A DNA stretch of 63,890 nucleotides, filler included, from Choristocarpus tenellus KU-1152 (taxonomy: Eukaryota; Protista; Phaeophyceae), in NCBI GenBank assembly GCA_964200185.2. It is 9 parts of 9 records of this genome, joined end to end, with 100 filler letters (N's around TTAATTAATTAA, not from the genome) between each part and the next. Parts side by side here need not be neighbours in the genome. Positions count along the whole stretch, not along the records: positions 4,232 to 26,961 come from CAXNAD020000279.1; positions 27,062 to 29,881 come from CAXNAD020024473.1; positions 29,982 to 34,824 come from CAXNAD020012830.1; positions 34,925 to 40,339 come from CAXNAD020010857.1; 5 more parts are not named here. One strand, given 5' to 3'. Made by a program: the position numbers and the translations under genes. This document shows, one piece after another, positions 25,175-38,608 of the stretch. The notes beneath the pieces were generated by a model. The model did no database searches and was not told where the DNA came from. It saw only the letters and a list, made by a program, of their open reading frames with translations. Every line of letters starts with the position of its first letter. Positions within the stretch are counted from its first letter, which is position 1.

Positions 25175-28100
25175 GTGGAACCAGAGCGTCTAGCGCCCCT
25201 AGCGCCCACAAGTACCAAGGAAAGTCACCAAACCAGCCCTAAACGATTTGCAGCAATAGTTGCGAGTAACCTCTTTGACGCTTCTTGTAATCTACCACCT
25301 GCGAAGCACTGTTGTTTCTGTCTCAATCCAACCAATGTCCAGAACGAGGTATGACAGATTTTGATGTACATCCAAGGATTGGTGCCATGGGCAGTTAGAG
25401 TTAGGGAAATTGTGCCTTTGGGTTGTGTGAAAGTAGAAAATGTGGATCCCTTGAAGCAATAGTTCATCGTCATATTTCAATTCCTTTTCACCATGTAATA
25501 TAGTACACAAAATATTGCATTACACCCTCAAAATACACCACACCCCTGCAAACGCAGATACCCAAATTTGGCTCTTGATAGTGAAGATTCAGACCCTTTA
25601 CTGGGGTCTTCCACTGACACAAACCAATGTATTATAGGAAAAACATATAAAATCATCATTGAAAGAGACTAGGATTTGGCGGATGATTTTGCTAAGATTC
25701 TCCACTTATTATTTCCAATTGGGTTGTGTGAAGAATGATTTTTATCTTATCGTCATATTTATCGATTATCACATTATAAATATATCTGTCAATATGTTAT
25801 CCAATTATATTATTACATAATCCAAAAACGAGCATATCGGAGAAAATTGTATTGATGTTGATAATACAAGGGCATGGTCTGATACTTAAAGGTATAGAAC
25901 GGTCAGAGAGAAGGTATAGTGTATTATTATAATAGTTATACTATTAGAGATATATATGGGGTCCCAGGGTCATTTTGCTGTTTCTATGTAACTCAAGATG
26001 TCCCGAGTCGGTTGGAATTCGGACATTTCCGACCACGAAGACAAAGATACGATTAATATTCTACCATATGTCATTCCTTCTTCCTTGATATAGTCTTCTA
26101 TTTATTGACACAAAGACTTCTCTGTGGATCATCACAAATCACAAAATCTGCGGACATGTGTGACGGAACAGTTGCTGATGTTGACACTGTAAATACATTC
26201 AAGATGAAGAACTAAGAAAAAAACAATATATCATGACAGTATTTTACATAGAATTTATAGTAGTTTGAGGTGGAAATTTTGGAAGTATTCCCATTGTGAT
26301 GATGAATTTCCCATCAATATAATTCGCACCTAAAGATATGTTCCACTTCTATATTATCTTGTACAAAGAATGTAATTGAACATCCCACTGAAATATGTTA
26401 TTTTTTATTCGACCTCTTAGTGTAGTTAAATATATATATTTTACATACACACATTTTGTTGCGGGTGTAATCGAAACTAAACAAGGTTTCGGCCTAAATT
26501 TCTAGGAATAAAGTATTACTTGAACCATTAATTTTGATTGGATTGAACTTCCCACTTCCTCTTTTCTTGCAAACCCAAGGTTTGAGTCACATGTCACAAG
26601 AAGGAAAATAGGATCAGTGGTGTAAGACGTCCTATTCGTTGAGATGAGATAGGTGAAACACGTGGTATAGTAGAGTGTGTTGAAACTTTTGAGCGTCCGA
26701 TTGCTCAATATACGCCGACATAGAACCACCATTGAACGCTAGATTCTATATCACTTTCGATGTTAGGTCCCCCTCTGGTTTAATACCTTGAATTCTGCTA
26801 TTGTGTACAGATATATATATATATTGATATATGTTCATAGGATGTCATCGATATGGACACAAGTAGAAAATTGTGGTCCTGTGAAGACATATATGTCCCA
26901 ATTTGCACACAGAAGATCTGTTTGTATGATGGCCCCCTCCCCCTACATTGCCCTGCTAAAGNNNNNNNNNNNNNNNNNNNNNNNNNNNNNNNNNNNNNNN
27001 NNNNNTTAATTAATTAANNNNNNNNNNNNNNNNNNNNNNNNNNNNNNNNNNNNNNNNNNNNCCCCCCAATGGATCGCTTTTCTGCTGGCAGGTTTCTTCC
27101 GTTGAGGCGTGGGCTTTCAAAAACACTGCCCTGGCGGCACAGACGTATATACTGGCCTGTACTGCTCGTGGTCTGGCCACCTGTCCAATGGAAGGCTATG
27201 ATGCAAGGAGGTAAGGAAAAGGCACTCGTAAAGGCTATGACGCAATAGGGTGTCTTCCGAACCATGCCCGGTGAAGGTTTGTGATGATGAATTGTGAAAA
27301 AGGGAGTGGAGAATGCCAACAAACAGCGATTGTGTTTAACCAGCCTATTGCGCTAGGTGCCTATCTTTCCTCCCCTTCACTTCTCTGCTGGATGCCCTTC
27401 TTCTGCTGCCTCTCAGGGTTAGGAATGTCCTGAGCATCCCCTCCCGATATGGCGTACCCCTTGTGGTCGCTACAGGACACCCTTTTGTCACCACGCCTGA
27501 GGCGGTCGGACTGAGTGAAGGGGTAACGCCGCAGCAGTTGTCGTGGCGTTTCCCCTCCGAGGAGGTTGTTTTTGATGGAAGCTTCGGTGTTCCGCTGAAG
27601 TGTGATGATAGTGTGGATGCATGAAAGGGGCTGAGGGACTGTGTGTCTGTGTGTCTGTGTTTGTCTGTGTTTTGTCTGTGTGTGTAATGGAAATGGGAAT
27701 GAACTCGCTGCCCTTGAAAAGGAAGAAACTCTGGTTTTTTTCTTGCATCTCTTGTCTCTTGTGTTGTTTTCCAATTTTTGTCCATTATGAATACGTTCAG
27801 CAGTGGTAAATGCCCCCCGTGGAGTGTAGGTTTGCTGATTGTGTATCTCTTTTGTGTCAGAAATAAATGGGTCTCAGATATCGTGATGTGTGCCAGGAAC
27901 CAGTGAATGTTCTTGGGTGTTTGTCTACCTCCGTTTATGGCTAGCAATAATTGTGGGGAGCTGCTTCAATCTTTGGTGGATTCGCTTGTCAAGTTTGCCT
28001 TACCTGTAGTCAGAGAGATGTCTAAGCTATTACCAGCGTGTGATCCTGAATGGGGTTGCTGCAATGCACCAACCACAGCACTATTTATTCTTACACCGAT

Positions 28101-28598
28101 TTTGTTGTTGTTGCTATTGCTGGGGCCGACCTGAGGCCATGCCAATTGTTGTATGTTTTCTCAATGAATATGTATCTTGGATTATATCCCTCAAGGCCTT
28201 GACATTTGTGACACACTTAACAAAGTGACATGGGCCCCTTGATACAGAGATATCTCATCCTTTTTTGTGAAAACCGACATGGCTGATGAGTCTATGTTGT
28301 AAATCGTGTAGCACTGCACGATCACTGAGTACAAACTTTAAAGTCAGTTCAATACTTCATAGATAGGTGCATACTCCAGATCTCTACCCTATATTGTCAT
28401 CAGGGCAAGCATTTTGGGATGCAAATTCGTATTGATAGTTTATTTGATAGTTGGTCTCGGTACCTTGGATGGAAAGATGCAATAGAAATGTGCACATGCT
28501 ATGCGTCACTCACACTCTGGTTTGACTTCAGTTATCGCATACAAGTCGAAAAAACGTGGTAGTACAATGGACTTGCTGGAGATATGAAGGTAGAGGTT

Positions 28599-28862
28599 AA
28601 TCAAAGTATCTTAGAGAGTAGAGCCGTGTCCGTTTTGGGGTCAAAATCAAATGTTGCGATTTTGATGTCATTTTGGCTATCGTGTTTGTTAGGAAGTACT
28701 TAGTGTCAGTATCCTGTTTCTAGATACACACTTTCATAACATACACATTTTTCCTACTCCGAAATGAAACATTTCGGAGTAGGTAAAATGTCATAAAATA
28801 CCCGTGGGAAGCCAAGCCCCAAACAGACAAACAGGGCAAACTCGTACGCTCTAAGATGCACT
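28599..28862 (+). mobile_element. MITE family A copy
   Basis: tcaaagtatcttagagagtagag...cgtacgctctaagat with the family's internal sequence. Confidence 0.87.
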
Positions 28863-29534
28863 GAGGTGGTTGAAGAGCGATTTAAGGAATGGAGTGGGGT
28901 TGTACTTCCCATCGAAAAATACGCCAGTTGACTTCAAACGTTTTATATGCGATGTGTCTTGAGTGAGATGATGAACTAATTGAGGTAATGCGTGGGGATG
29001 AGAGACTTGAAGGTGTGTGCACCCATCCTTAAACCGTGCGTTTTCCCACTCGATAAGTCATCGCGTGTCGCTGATGCAATCCTGGCACGTTGATTTTTTG
29101 TTAAGTACCTCAGAACAACAAAGTTCTATGTATTCTCTCGATTTTCGAAGATTTCAGAAGACTTGAAGGACCTCAAGAGAGTTGATGTTCTTGTGGGGAC
29201 TGGGTTGTGAGCTACCTCACTATTACCTCACTACTTTGGTGCTTGTGTGGGATGTGCTTTGTGCTCTCTTTTTTGTTTGACCATTGACACGTTCTAGCAC
29301 AGGTTGTAACATGAGTGCATCCTGTCTCGTGGTATTGGCTCTGATCTTTGCCTTTTGAGCACATAGGAGGATCATGGCATATCAAGGGGATCAGCAGAGA
29401 GGACTAGTCAGCCGTCCCTCTCTGCCTTTTCCAAATCCAACTGTTTCTGGCACCCTTTGCATTGTCGAGGTGACCTCCTGCACTGGATGCTCACGGGGGG
29501 AAATAACCTTGTGGTAAAGGTCTAGAAGAGGTGA

Positions 29535-29793
29535 GAGTCAAAGTATCTTAGAGGGTAGAGTCGTGTTCGTTTGGAGGCCAAAATCCAATGTTGCGATTTT
29601 CATGTAATTTTGGCTATCGTGTTTGTTAGTGTGTGTCAATATCCTTGTTCCGGACACACCTTTTCATAACGTATATAATTTTCCTACTCCGAAACATTTC
29701 GGAGTAGGAAAATGCCATCAAAAAAACGTGGGAAGCCAAGCCCCAAACAGACAAACAGGGCAAAACTCGTACCCTCTTGAGATTTTTTCGCTC
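29535..29793 (+). mobile_element. MITE family A copy
   Basis: gagtcaaagtatcttagagggtag...taccctcttgagattttttcgctc, flanked by TGA/TGA. Confidence 0.88.
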
Positions 29794-30779
29794 TGAACCA
29801 AGTCAACTGTCATGAAAATTTGGTGTATACTGACACAAGGGTCAAAGTATCTGGGGAGGGGGGGGGTGTCGGAGTCCGTTTNNNNNNNNNNNNNNNNNNN
29901 NNNNNNNNNNNNNNNNNNNNNNNNNTTAATTAATTAANNNNNNNNNNNNNNNNNNNNNNNNNNNNNNNNNNNNNNNNNNNNCCCCCTCCCCCCTTGGTTA
30001 TTTCTTACCCATTTTTTCTTGTTTTTTCAAATTTCTAAGGTTAGGGTTAAGGCACTCACTGCGCGAGTGTAAATGTAAATTAAATCAGTGATAGGATGGA
30101 TAAGTTGTGCAACTCAGGTGAAACATGCACATCGTGCTGGGCCAGTCAAATTTGTGATTCTGTTGTTGGCTCAAAGTCTAGGTCACCTTGGCCAGTGTTT
30201 TGTGGCCCCAAAGACTATCTGAATGTTTTTGCCTTCTGGTCCTCTTAACCTGAGATCGGTGCACTAATGGTTTGCGAGCACAATAGAGGCAGTTGAGAAT
30301 GGACTAGAAGTTGATCCCAAGCCCACCACCCACGGGGAAGAGGGGTTTGCTGTTTTGTGGGGATTGGTTTTGTCGCTGTTTTTTTTTTTTTTCGGGAATT
30401 TTTTACGACGATTGCATTAGCTAATACGATGAAATCCCCGGCACCGGAACTGGGAGTACATTCTGCACTCCTTCTTGGGTGTGAGTGGAAATTTTTCCTT
30501 CACGCAGCCATCACCACTGTTCTACGTATCTTCTATGTTGTTGCTGATGCTTGACGGATTCGAAATGTAGTTCTCGGAACCAACCTCCTGTAGAGACACG
30601 CCAAGTAGGAGCTCTTTCTAGGACTTGTATTCAAGTATGGGGGGGCATGTGTGTGTGTATCACACCTGTTTTTTTCGGTGAGAACTGATTTTACAAGCGA
30701 AGCAAGACGAGGACTTTCGGAATTGCCACGCTGCTGCTCCACGCACTTGGGGTTGGGGGCATTGAAGCCCCCAACTTAG

Positions 30780-33299
30780 CAGGACTGGGGTCATCTAGCC
30801 TGGGTTTGCACAGCCGGGATATGCGTCAGCTCTTTGCGTCGCAGGCCGTGGGAGAGCCAAGCATCAATGTCCGACGCAACGCAGTACTGTTCAACCTCGA
30901 ATCGCTCAAGGGCATCATTCTCGCAGACAGGTGAGACTCGATCTAGTTCACACAGAAACATAGATTTATGTTACGAGTGGGTGATCCTGATCACTTCTTT
31001 TCTTTTCTTTTCTTTTTTTACAGCTAGCAACAAACCGAGAACACGGTGAAAATCTGGGCAAAAACGCCTTCTTTTTCTTTTTTTTTCTTTTCAGCGGGGG
31101 CTTCTCTCTTTTTTTTTCTTTTTTTTTTTTAAAGCTCGCTGCCCCCACCCGTCTTTCACTCTCACTGTCTTCCCCTCCCCGTCCCCCTCCCCCCTCCTCC
31201 AGGCTTGTCCTAGTTGTAGGTGATGGTGCTGATAGCATTCTACAGGATGTTCGAAAGGCGGTGTTGGAGTCGGTTGAGGATGTTGATGAATTCGAGCTGA
31301 AAGCCCTGGAGGCGCTCTTGGCGGTGTCCTCAAGGAGGCTGGTGAGCGATCGCCCATGCTCGCCAACTTCCCTGCCCTCTGCCCATCACCTCTTGATTAC
31401 CGCCCCCTCATGCCGTTGCTTGAAAGATTGCCCTCGCCTTGCCCTTCCCCTCCGTCCCTCTCGCCTCTTCCTGCGATAACGGAACGCTCATGGACCAGGA
31501 AAGGGAGGTTAAGGCAGTTGAAGGTCCAGCCAAGAAAATAATGGAGGTCATGGAAACTCCTGGCCAGGCTGCAACCTCCGCAGAGAACAATGACAAATTC
31601 CGTGGGCTGGCCAACCAGCTCAATGAGCTGGAGACAAGGGCCAAGGCTCGCCATAAGGCTTTGTTAGCGGTATGGTTGTTGATCATCCCTCAAGTGATCT
31701 GTGCTCTCAGAGGGCAGAATGATTTGTTGCGATGTTGCTTTTTCTCTTCCAAATTGAGTGCCTGATCTATGTGGATACTGTCTTTTGATGTCATTTCCGT
31801 GCCAACTCTTGCATTTGTACTCTCTCTGTGGTGGTGGGGGGGGGGGCTTGTTTCAGGAATCCTCACCCTTTTCCATAACCTGTTTGTGTGTGTGTGTGTG
31901 TGTATGGTTTGCTTCCTTTGTTCCACTCTTAACCACGAACATGATGTTTTTCTATCTAATTTGTTTTGTTTGTTTTTGTATCCTTGCATGGTATTTCCTA
32001 CTGATGGGGTGAGACCTAATGGATGGATACATGGGGTGCTTGCAAGCATCCTTTTCTACCCTTCTCTTTCATTCCTCTCTACCTCACATCGCCCCGCCCT
32101 CCTGCCACTTCTCCACTCCCCACCTCCATGTCTCTTGCTGTCTATGTTTGGTTCTCTGTGGATATTTTAATGTCTGTGTGTGCCTCTGTCTCGACGTGCT
32201 CTCTGTGCTGTTGCCTCCCCTGCTAGACTCTGGAGGTAGACATGGACTTGGCCATGATGAACCTCACAAAGATGATGCAATGCCCGGAAGACTATGCCCC
32301 ACCCATCTCCCAAGATGTACTGGAAGATCACGAGGAGATGGAACTCTTGCTTGAGGCCTATCTTCAGGCATGCATGCCCACCCTCTTTCCTTCTGCTCCT
32401 TCAAACTTTTAGCGTGATAGAGTTGACAGTTTTTTCACAGTCCAAGACGCCAGATACCCTACCCCGGGTGACACATGCTCTACTCCCCTTGACACCTCTC
32501 AATTCCGCAGACTAGTTGAACCTGTGATACAACCCTGACTCACCCAGGCCCTGCATTTATTACATGGTACAATACATAGTACAGTAGATAGTACAATACA
32601 TAGTACAGTACATGCACCAAGTGATTGTTGTCATTGGTACAATCTCTCACACCGAGTCACGGTTATGTGCACGCCATGTACAATCTACTCTACCTTCCCC
32701 ACAAACAATGACAAACCCACGATCTACACCTCGCACATATGTATGTATGTATATATGTATTATGTATGTATTATATATATATGTGTGTATCCTGTGCAAT
32801 TTCGCACATTTAACAATCTTTGTTTCCTCTGTGCACAGGTCCAGGAAGAGTCCCTTTCTCAGCAAACATGTTTATGAAAACAATCTAATTGTGTTCATGT
32901 ATTCCCGTATGTCTGTTTGTGTATGTGGGGGGCTGTTTGAGCTGCAGGATTGTTACACAACACGCAACAAATTAGAGCTCCTCCAGTCACGGATGAGGAG
33001 CACTGAAGCGTTGGTGATGGTGAAGCTGGACATTGCTCGGAACAGACTGCTTACCGCTGACCTCATGTTCAGTATGGCCTCCTTGTGCTTCACCCTTGGG
33101 GCAGTTGTTGCTGGCATATTTGGTGGGTTTTCAGTTTCTCAAGCGTGATCTTAGCAATTTGTTTCATCGTGTCCGTTCTTAGACAATCTTATGTACTGCA
33201 TTGAAATCTTTGGTGGCACAAAACTCACTGGCTCTCCAAAGTAGTATAGAGTTTTTAAATTTATACTCGCTCTCCCATGTACACACACACACATTAGTT

Positions 33300-33336
<37 letters not shown>

Positions 33337-34423
33337 CTCCTCCTTGACTTACAGTTTGGTATTTCCTCTGTTCAGCATCAGTTCAAACAGTCTGCGGGGG
33401 GGGCAGGCTATAAATGCAATAGATGGGGTCAGATTTTAATTGTTTTTGTGGGAATCTTGGAAAAATTCACTGTGAGGCAAGCTAATATCTCGGTGATATC
33501 TGACTTGGTGTACCCATTCTACCTTGCCCACGGTAAAGTAAAAAAAAGCCTTCCTAGTGTATTTTTCTGCCCTTCAAACCGTTTGAACTGGTACCTAACA
33601 GAGGAAGCATATCTTGCTTCCAAGTGCTTGTGTATTTAGGACCACTTTGACGCCTCTTGGATTGTAGGACTGGCTCCATTTTATACATCCATGGGAACTT
33701 CAAACGCCGTCACAGTTTTCTGCAAGGGTTGCCCTTGCCTGAACTTAGTCAGTACTGTGACCCTACATATATGTTAGGCATTGTTTGTTGGTATGCCGAC
33801 CACACACTAGTGACCGTGACCTTGACTGCACAGATGTTGATGCTGTTCAGTGTATTTATTGTATTTAGTGTGTTTAGTGCGTTTAGTGTGTTAAGTGTAT
33901 TTAGTGTATCGTTTGTTGACGTTGGTCTTCGTCTTCACCAGTGCAAGGAAGTCCCAAGAGCAGGTAGTACAGATCATGTGAAAATCTCTGCGAGTGAAAA
34001 GATCCGTAGTTGTTGAGACAACCGTAGAACAGGAAATAGAATGAGCTCGTGCGCTTGTGCACACATGCGCAAACTGCCCCTCAAATGCTATCATGTAACC
34101 CCTCTCTCACAGCTGCTGCTTCTTCCCCCGGATGCCTGTGGAGCAAGGTACATTCAGCCCTTTGCTACCCTACCCCCCCGCTGTCTCCAGTGTTCCACAT
34201 ATTTTTTTCTTTACTTCCTAACTTTGGCATCCTTCCCCTCCTTCCCCTACCCCATCCTATCACACACACCTGCGCATTGGTTCAAGGTATGAACCTGGCC
34301 AATGGTGTGGAGAGTTCTGCAAAGTGGTTCTATTGTGTCACGTTTGGTACCATTGGGGCTATGATTTTTTTGTTTTTCTCTGTTTTTGCTCTATTTAGGC
34401 ACCAGGGTATACTCGTGTCATAG
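30780..34423 (+). CDS. MRS2: MRS2/CorA-family magnesium transporter (exons ~30780-30930, 31203-31341, 31499-31669, 32227-32367, 32948-33122, 34287-34423; 5' exons not identified)
   Basis: Spliced protein contains RDMR..PSINVRRNAVLFNL..IILADR, FELKALEALL, EEMELLLEAYLQ, KLDIARNRLL, TM1, the GMN signature (split by an intron, IFG|MNL) and TM2, with a stop at 34421-34423. The intron after 32367 begins with GC. Confidence 0.95.
33845..33910. repeat. (GTATTTAGT)n-like 9-mer, ~7 copies, in an MRS2 intron
   Basis: Direct inspection. Confidence 0.85.
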
Positions 34424-35893
34424 TGGGATATCCGTTCAACTGTGGAGATGCGACTTGTGCATAGGGGGGTTTTCGAGGGTTAGGGGGAAGATGTAACTGG
34501 TTGGTTGGAGCACAGTTGGCCTCACTTCATAGTTATTGTGTGTGAGGTTAGGAAACAAGCTGTCAACCCAAGCCTGGGCCCCTTGTTTTGATCGTAAATG
34601 TACAATGCTTCCTCGAAAATGGTACATTCCTTCTCAATCGTTTGTTCTTCCTCCGTGTAGGATTCCTCCCCTCGCCTCAACAAGTGGAGGAAGCTGTAGA
34701 GCAGCAGATTTTTTTGTGTTTGGTAGGTTAAATGGAAAATATATTGGTAAGGCAAGAAATCCCTCATTTAATCCCCCCTCCAAAACCCACCTAGAGCTTT
34801 TGTTTGCTTATTCCCCCCCCCCCCNNNNNNNNNNNNNNNNNNNNNNNNNNNNNNNNNNNNNNNNNNNNTTAATTAATTAANNNNNNNNNNNNNNNNNNNN
34901 NNNNNNNNNNNNNNNNNNNNNNNNCATGAAAAAATTGACCCCAAATGGACAGCCGCCACCCCCTCCCAGATACTTTGAGCCATCACTATATTCCTTCCCA
35001 CACAATTTGACGCAAGAAATGTCAATCCCAACTCGAACACATAACAATTCAAGTTGTGACATAGATAGAGAGTAGAGTACATTGTCTATCCTCCCTTATT
35101 GCGAGTCCCAGCAAAAGATTAATGTTCTTACTGCATGCTGTTAGTGGGTTGTTGGAAGGTGAGATTTAGGGAGGTAGTGTATACCCAATGCCTTGAAGCT
35201 GTACACTGTCGACTCCCCTTAACCGTGCCCCAGCCTCTAGAGGGCACACAGATGAAACCCTTTTGGAATTGTGCTACTGGAACTGTGAATAATGTCTTGG
35301 TATTATCAGCATTCAGAACAATAGAGACAATGGGAACATTCACATCTAAAATACACTACCAACCATGATGGTGACTGTATAGAAAAGCTGAAATGATATC
35401 CTACCACAGGACAAATCCAGGTGGGGGGTGGGGGATCGGGTTTCTTGTGAAGAGTAGGCCCTGTTGGACGTTTCTATACCAGCAATAAACCAAGCACAAC
35501 CTTAGCACAGGCCAAACGGAAAGACCTTCCACACGGTAGTTGATACAATCTGATTGATTGGCGAACATTACTTGCTATGATGTGTTGACACCCATACCTA
35601 CATCTTCATACCTCCATCTCTTGAGCTCCTTTTTTTGGCAAGCATTCACATCATCATGGTTGTTCTAAAACATGTTTTTGGGCATTCCATAGTGAACATC
35701 ACAATCTGTCACACTAAAAAAAATACGGTGCTTTAATTTGCTTGTAAATGGGCGTCTGATAAAGATAATTGCATCTAACTCACTAAGAGTATGTTCTGAG
35801 TGTTGTTGTTCGTGAGCTATATATTGCAAAATCGTGCACCCACCTACACATCCTCCCTGCCTATACTTCCCAATTCTGCAAACCTCTTACAAG

Positions 35894-38608
35894 CAAAAGA
35901 GCCACTGAAGAAACAAAACATCACGAGTCTGTCACAGCTCCCTCAAAGATCAACACGGCAGTAATTGATCAAGGCAGAACGTCTTCCCCTTCAGAGGACA
36001 TAGCTGCCTTTGTCACTGGACAACAGAAATCGACCAACCAGCAGATTGAAAGAGAGAGGAACAACAACAATGGGAACCCTTTCGGCAGTAGTGGTGGGTG
36101 GGTGAAATGGGGATGGACAGGGAATTCCAACATTACGCAGTCCATGGATGTGGACACAGCAACAGAGGAGTTGGAAGCTAAAGTGGGAAAAATGGACGAC
36201 AGTGGACTGACTGGCGATGAGCAAGCCGAAGACGGTGTCAACCTGGAAAACAGAAACCCGTTTGTGATGGATAGATGCAGGTGAGGGTGATCAAGGCAGA
36301 GAAGCAGAGTCCATGGGCAAGAGGGGATGAGGGAAGGTTGGTAACCCTGAGACCCAAAGTATCTGGGAAGGGGGGGGGGATCTAGACCAGGGTGTCCATT
36401 TGGATCAAAATTAGGAAAAGTGCATTTACAGTATCCATCCGACGTATGCAACCAAATCACCCAAAAATCGTGAGATGAAAAAATTGACCCCAAATGGACA
36501 GCCGCCACCCCCTCCCAGATACTTTGAGCCTGACCTTAACCCTAACCCCCAGTCCATGGAATTTATCTAGTTAATGGTGAAGATCGATCTACAAGGCTCA
36601 AAGTTTCTGAGATACACCTGCCTAGCAGTTGCAGGTTGAAGGAATCTAAAGTTTATTTCATGGGGAACTATAGTAAGATCAAAGTCCAACACTATCCATG
36701 ATTAGAAAAAAGCAGAAAATGCAAAAGGCATTTTTCTATGTAAGGTGATGACAACCAACATCAGATGAGAGCTGTTTGAGTACCTAGAACTGACGATAGA
36801 TCTGTAGTGGTGAAGAGGAAATTGAGGTCACAGGAAGATGTTCTGCAATATATTTTGCTAGTACTATATTGTTTAGGGTTGAGGATGCAACACCTTTCAA
36901 CCAGTTTAGACAAAGGGGTCTGTGTTGTGAAATTTTTGGGCTGAACCATAGGAGACATAGGGTGTGTATGCACACAGATTGTCACTGGAAAGATAATTTC
37001 AACAATAGCTCCATATGATACAGGGTGAAGCCAAAAGTGCTAGGTCCACAAATGGTCAAGGTTCACGAACATCAGAGCAAATCTTGAATCTATTCTGTTT
37101 CAACAGTTTACAAGCCAAGCTAAATGAGAGGCACCCAGGTTTTGGGCATTTTGTATTTCAAGTCTCTTTTCAATCTTTTGCACTTCACCAATATTTTTTT
37201 TGTTTCTATGGATAAAGTTTGAAGTTTGACTCGAGGGCGCTTGTTTCGCTATTATTTGAATTTTCCGACACAATTCAGAAAATATTCTGTATGCATTTAG
37301 AGTGAAAGTATCTTAGAGTGTACGAGCTTTGCCCTGTTTGTCCGTTTGAGGCTTGGCTTCCCATGGTATTTTTTTATGGCATTTTCTTACTCCAAAATGT
37401 TTTGAAGTAAGACGTATATGTTATGAAAGGTTATGTCCAGAACAAGTATATTGACACTTCCTAACACACACGATAGCCAATATCATATCAAAATCGTAAC
37501 ATTGGATTTTGGCCCCAACATGGACGTAGCTCTACCCTCTAAGATACTTTGACTCATTTGCAAGAAAAGCTGAATGTTGGACTTATTTCGCAGCATCCTT
37601 AAAATGCAACTCTGGGTACCTCTCATTTAGTTTTGACTCTCTACTATTTGAAATGATCTGTCAAATATTTGTATACTAGAACACCATAATATATATTGGT
37701 ACTACTCTGTAATGTCACCAGCAGTTGAGCTCTGAGTGTGGAAAACAGTGCTTGTAGGCTACTCTGATTACTTATTTGAGGCTACAGAGCAAGTTTCATT
37801 GCTTACCTGTATTTGCCTTACTAATCGGAATCATCTTGATCACCTACCCTTGACTTCAAGCAGACTAGTAACATTGTGCTGAACACATATTGAGTCAAGG
37901 TCAATAAGAGGTACCCAGAGTTGCAATTCAAGGATGCTGGAAAACATGTGAAAATTGTGTCCTTTTTTTCAACCGGGTATAGGAGATTTTATTAAATATG
38001 CTGAAACGTTTCAAACCATTGAGAAATCACCCTCTCAAGTCAATCTTAGCACTTAATCCATTGAAATATGAACAAATCGAAAATGATTGAAATATTGGCT
38101 TGTATTGCAAAATAGTCAAAAACTGGGTACCTCTCGTTTACTTCGGCTCGTTCTCATTTGTCACAGTGCACCTCTTCCCTTCAAAGATGACCCAACATCA
38201 GAGTTGCACAAGCATAGGTATTGCGAATTGGAGAACTCTCGACTACTTTCCCTTTCCCGGTTTTCCTAACAAATTTACTGAGCAGGTTTATAACAACCAA
38301 AGTAATATTACCTTTCTAGTGGATAAGGTATTTTCTGTATGTAGCCAATACTATGATGCAGATGTATGTCTAAATGCAAAACAATGATCTTCTTACATCT
38401 TGTGCACCCCTCTCCTTCCTAACTTCAGCCTTATCCTCTTCTCGCACATCAACCTTCTAGGTACGAAACAACGGCACCCCCTTCAGACAAGCATGGCTAT
38501 GATCCGTTCAAGCAGCCATACGAATCTTTTGTTGTGGATGTAACTGGAAATGAAGTTGATGTTGATCCCAGTATTAGCCAAAGCGAAAGCAATGATGGAC
38601 TTGAATAA
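35894..38608 (+). CDS. Last two exons of an unidentified gene (low-complexity acidic C-terminus; ~35894-36280 and 38461-38608)
   Basis: An open frame of about 130 codons ends in AG|gtgagg and is phase-compatible with ctag|g TAC GAA ACA... ending ...NDGLE*. No recognisable domain. Confidence 0.55.
36351..36530. mobile_element. MITE family B (180 bp, G-tract TIRs); partial or related ends at 1-80, 4061-4131, 29839-29881, 34925-34981, 56418-56462
   Basis: TIRs gacccaaagtatctgggaaggg / ccctcccagatactttgagcc with TGA/TGA flanks. Near-identical ends occur at several contig breaks. Confidence 0.85.
37120..37630. mobile_element. MITE family C element hosting a family A insertion
   Basis: TIRs ctaaatgagaggcacccag / ctgggtacctctcatttag. 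Confidence 0.72.
37300..37555 (-). mobile_element. MITE family A copy nested in a family C element
   Basis: gagtgaaagtatcttagag...ctctaagatactttgactc. Confidence 0.88.
37906..38135. mobile_element. MITE family C copy, opposite orientation
   Basis: agaggtacccagagttgca..aaggatgctg...ctgggtacctct. Its start is the reverse complement of about 37593-37623. Confidence 0.72.

Noticed and set aside
27105-27185. tRNA-like sequence on the minus strand
   Set aside because: Boxes too degenerate and no cloverleaf.
27345-29200. ORFs and coding-like patches on contig 3
   Set aside because: No recognisable domain or consistent exon chain.
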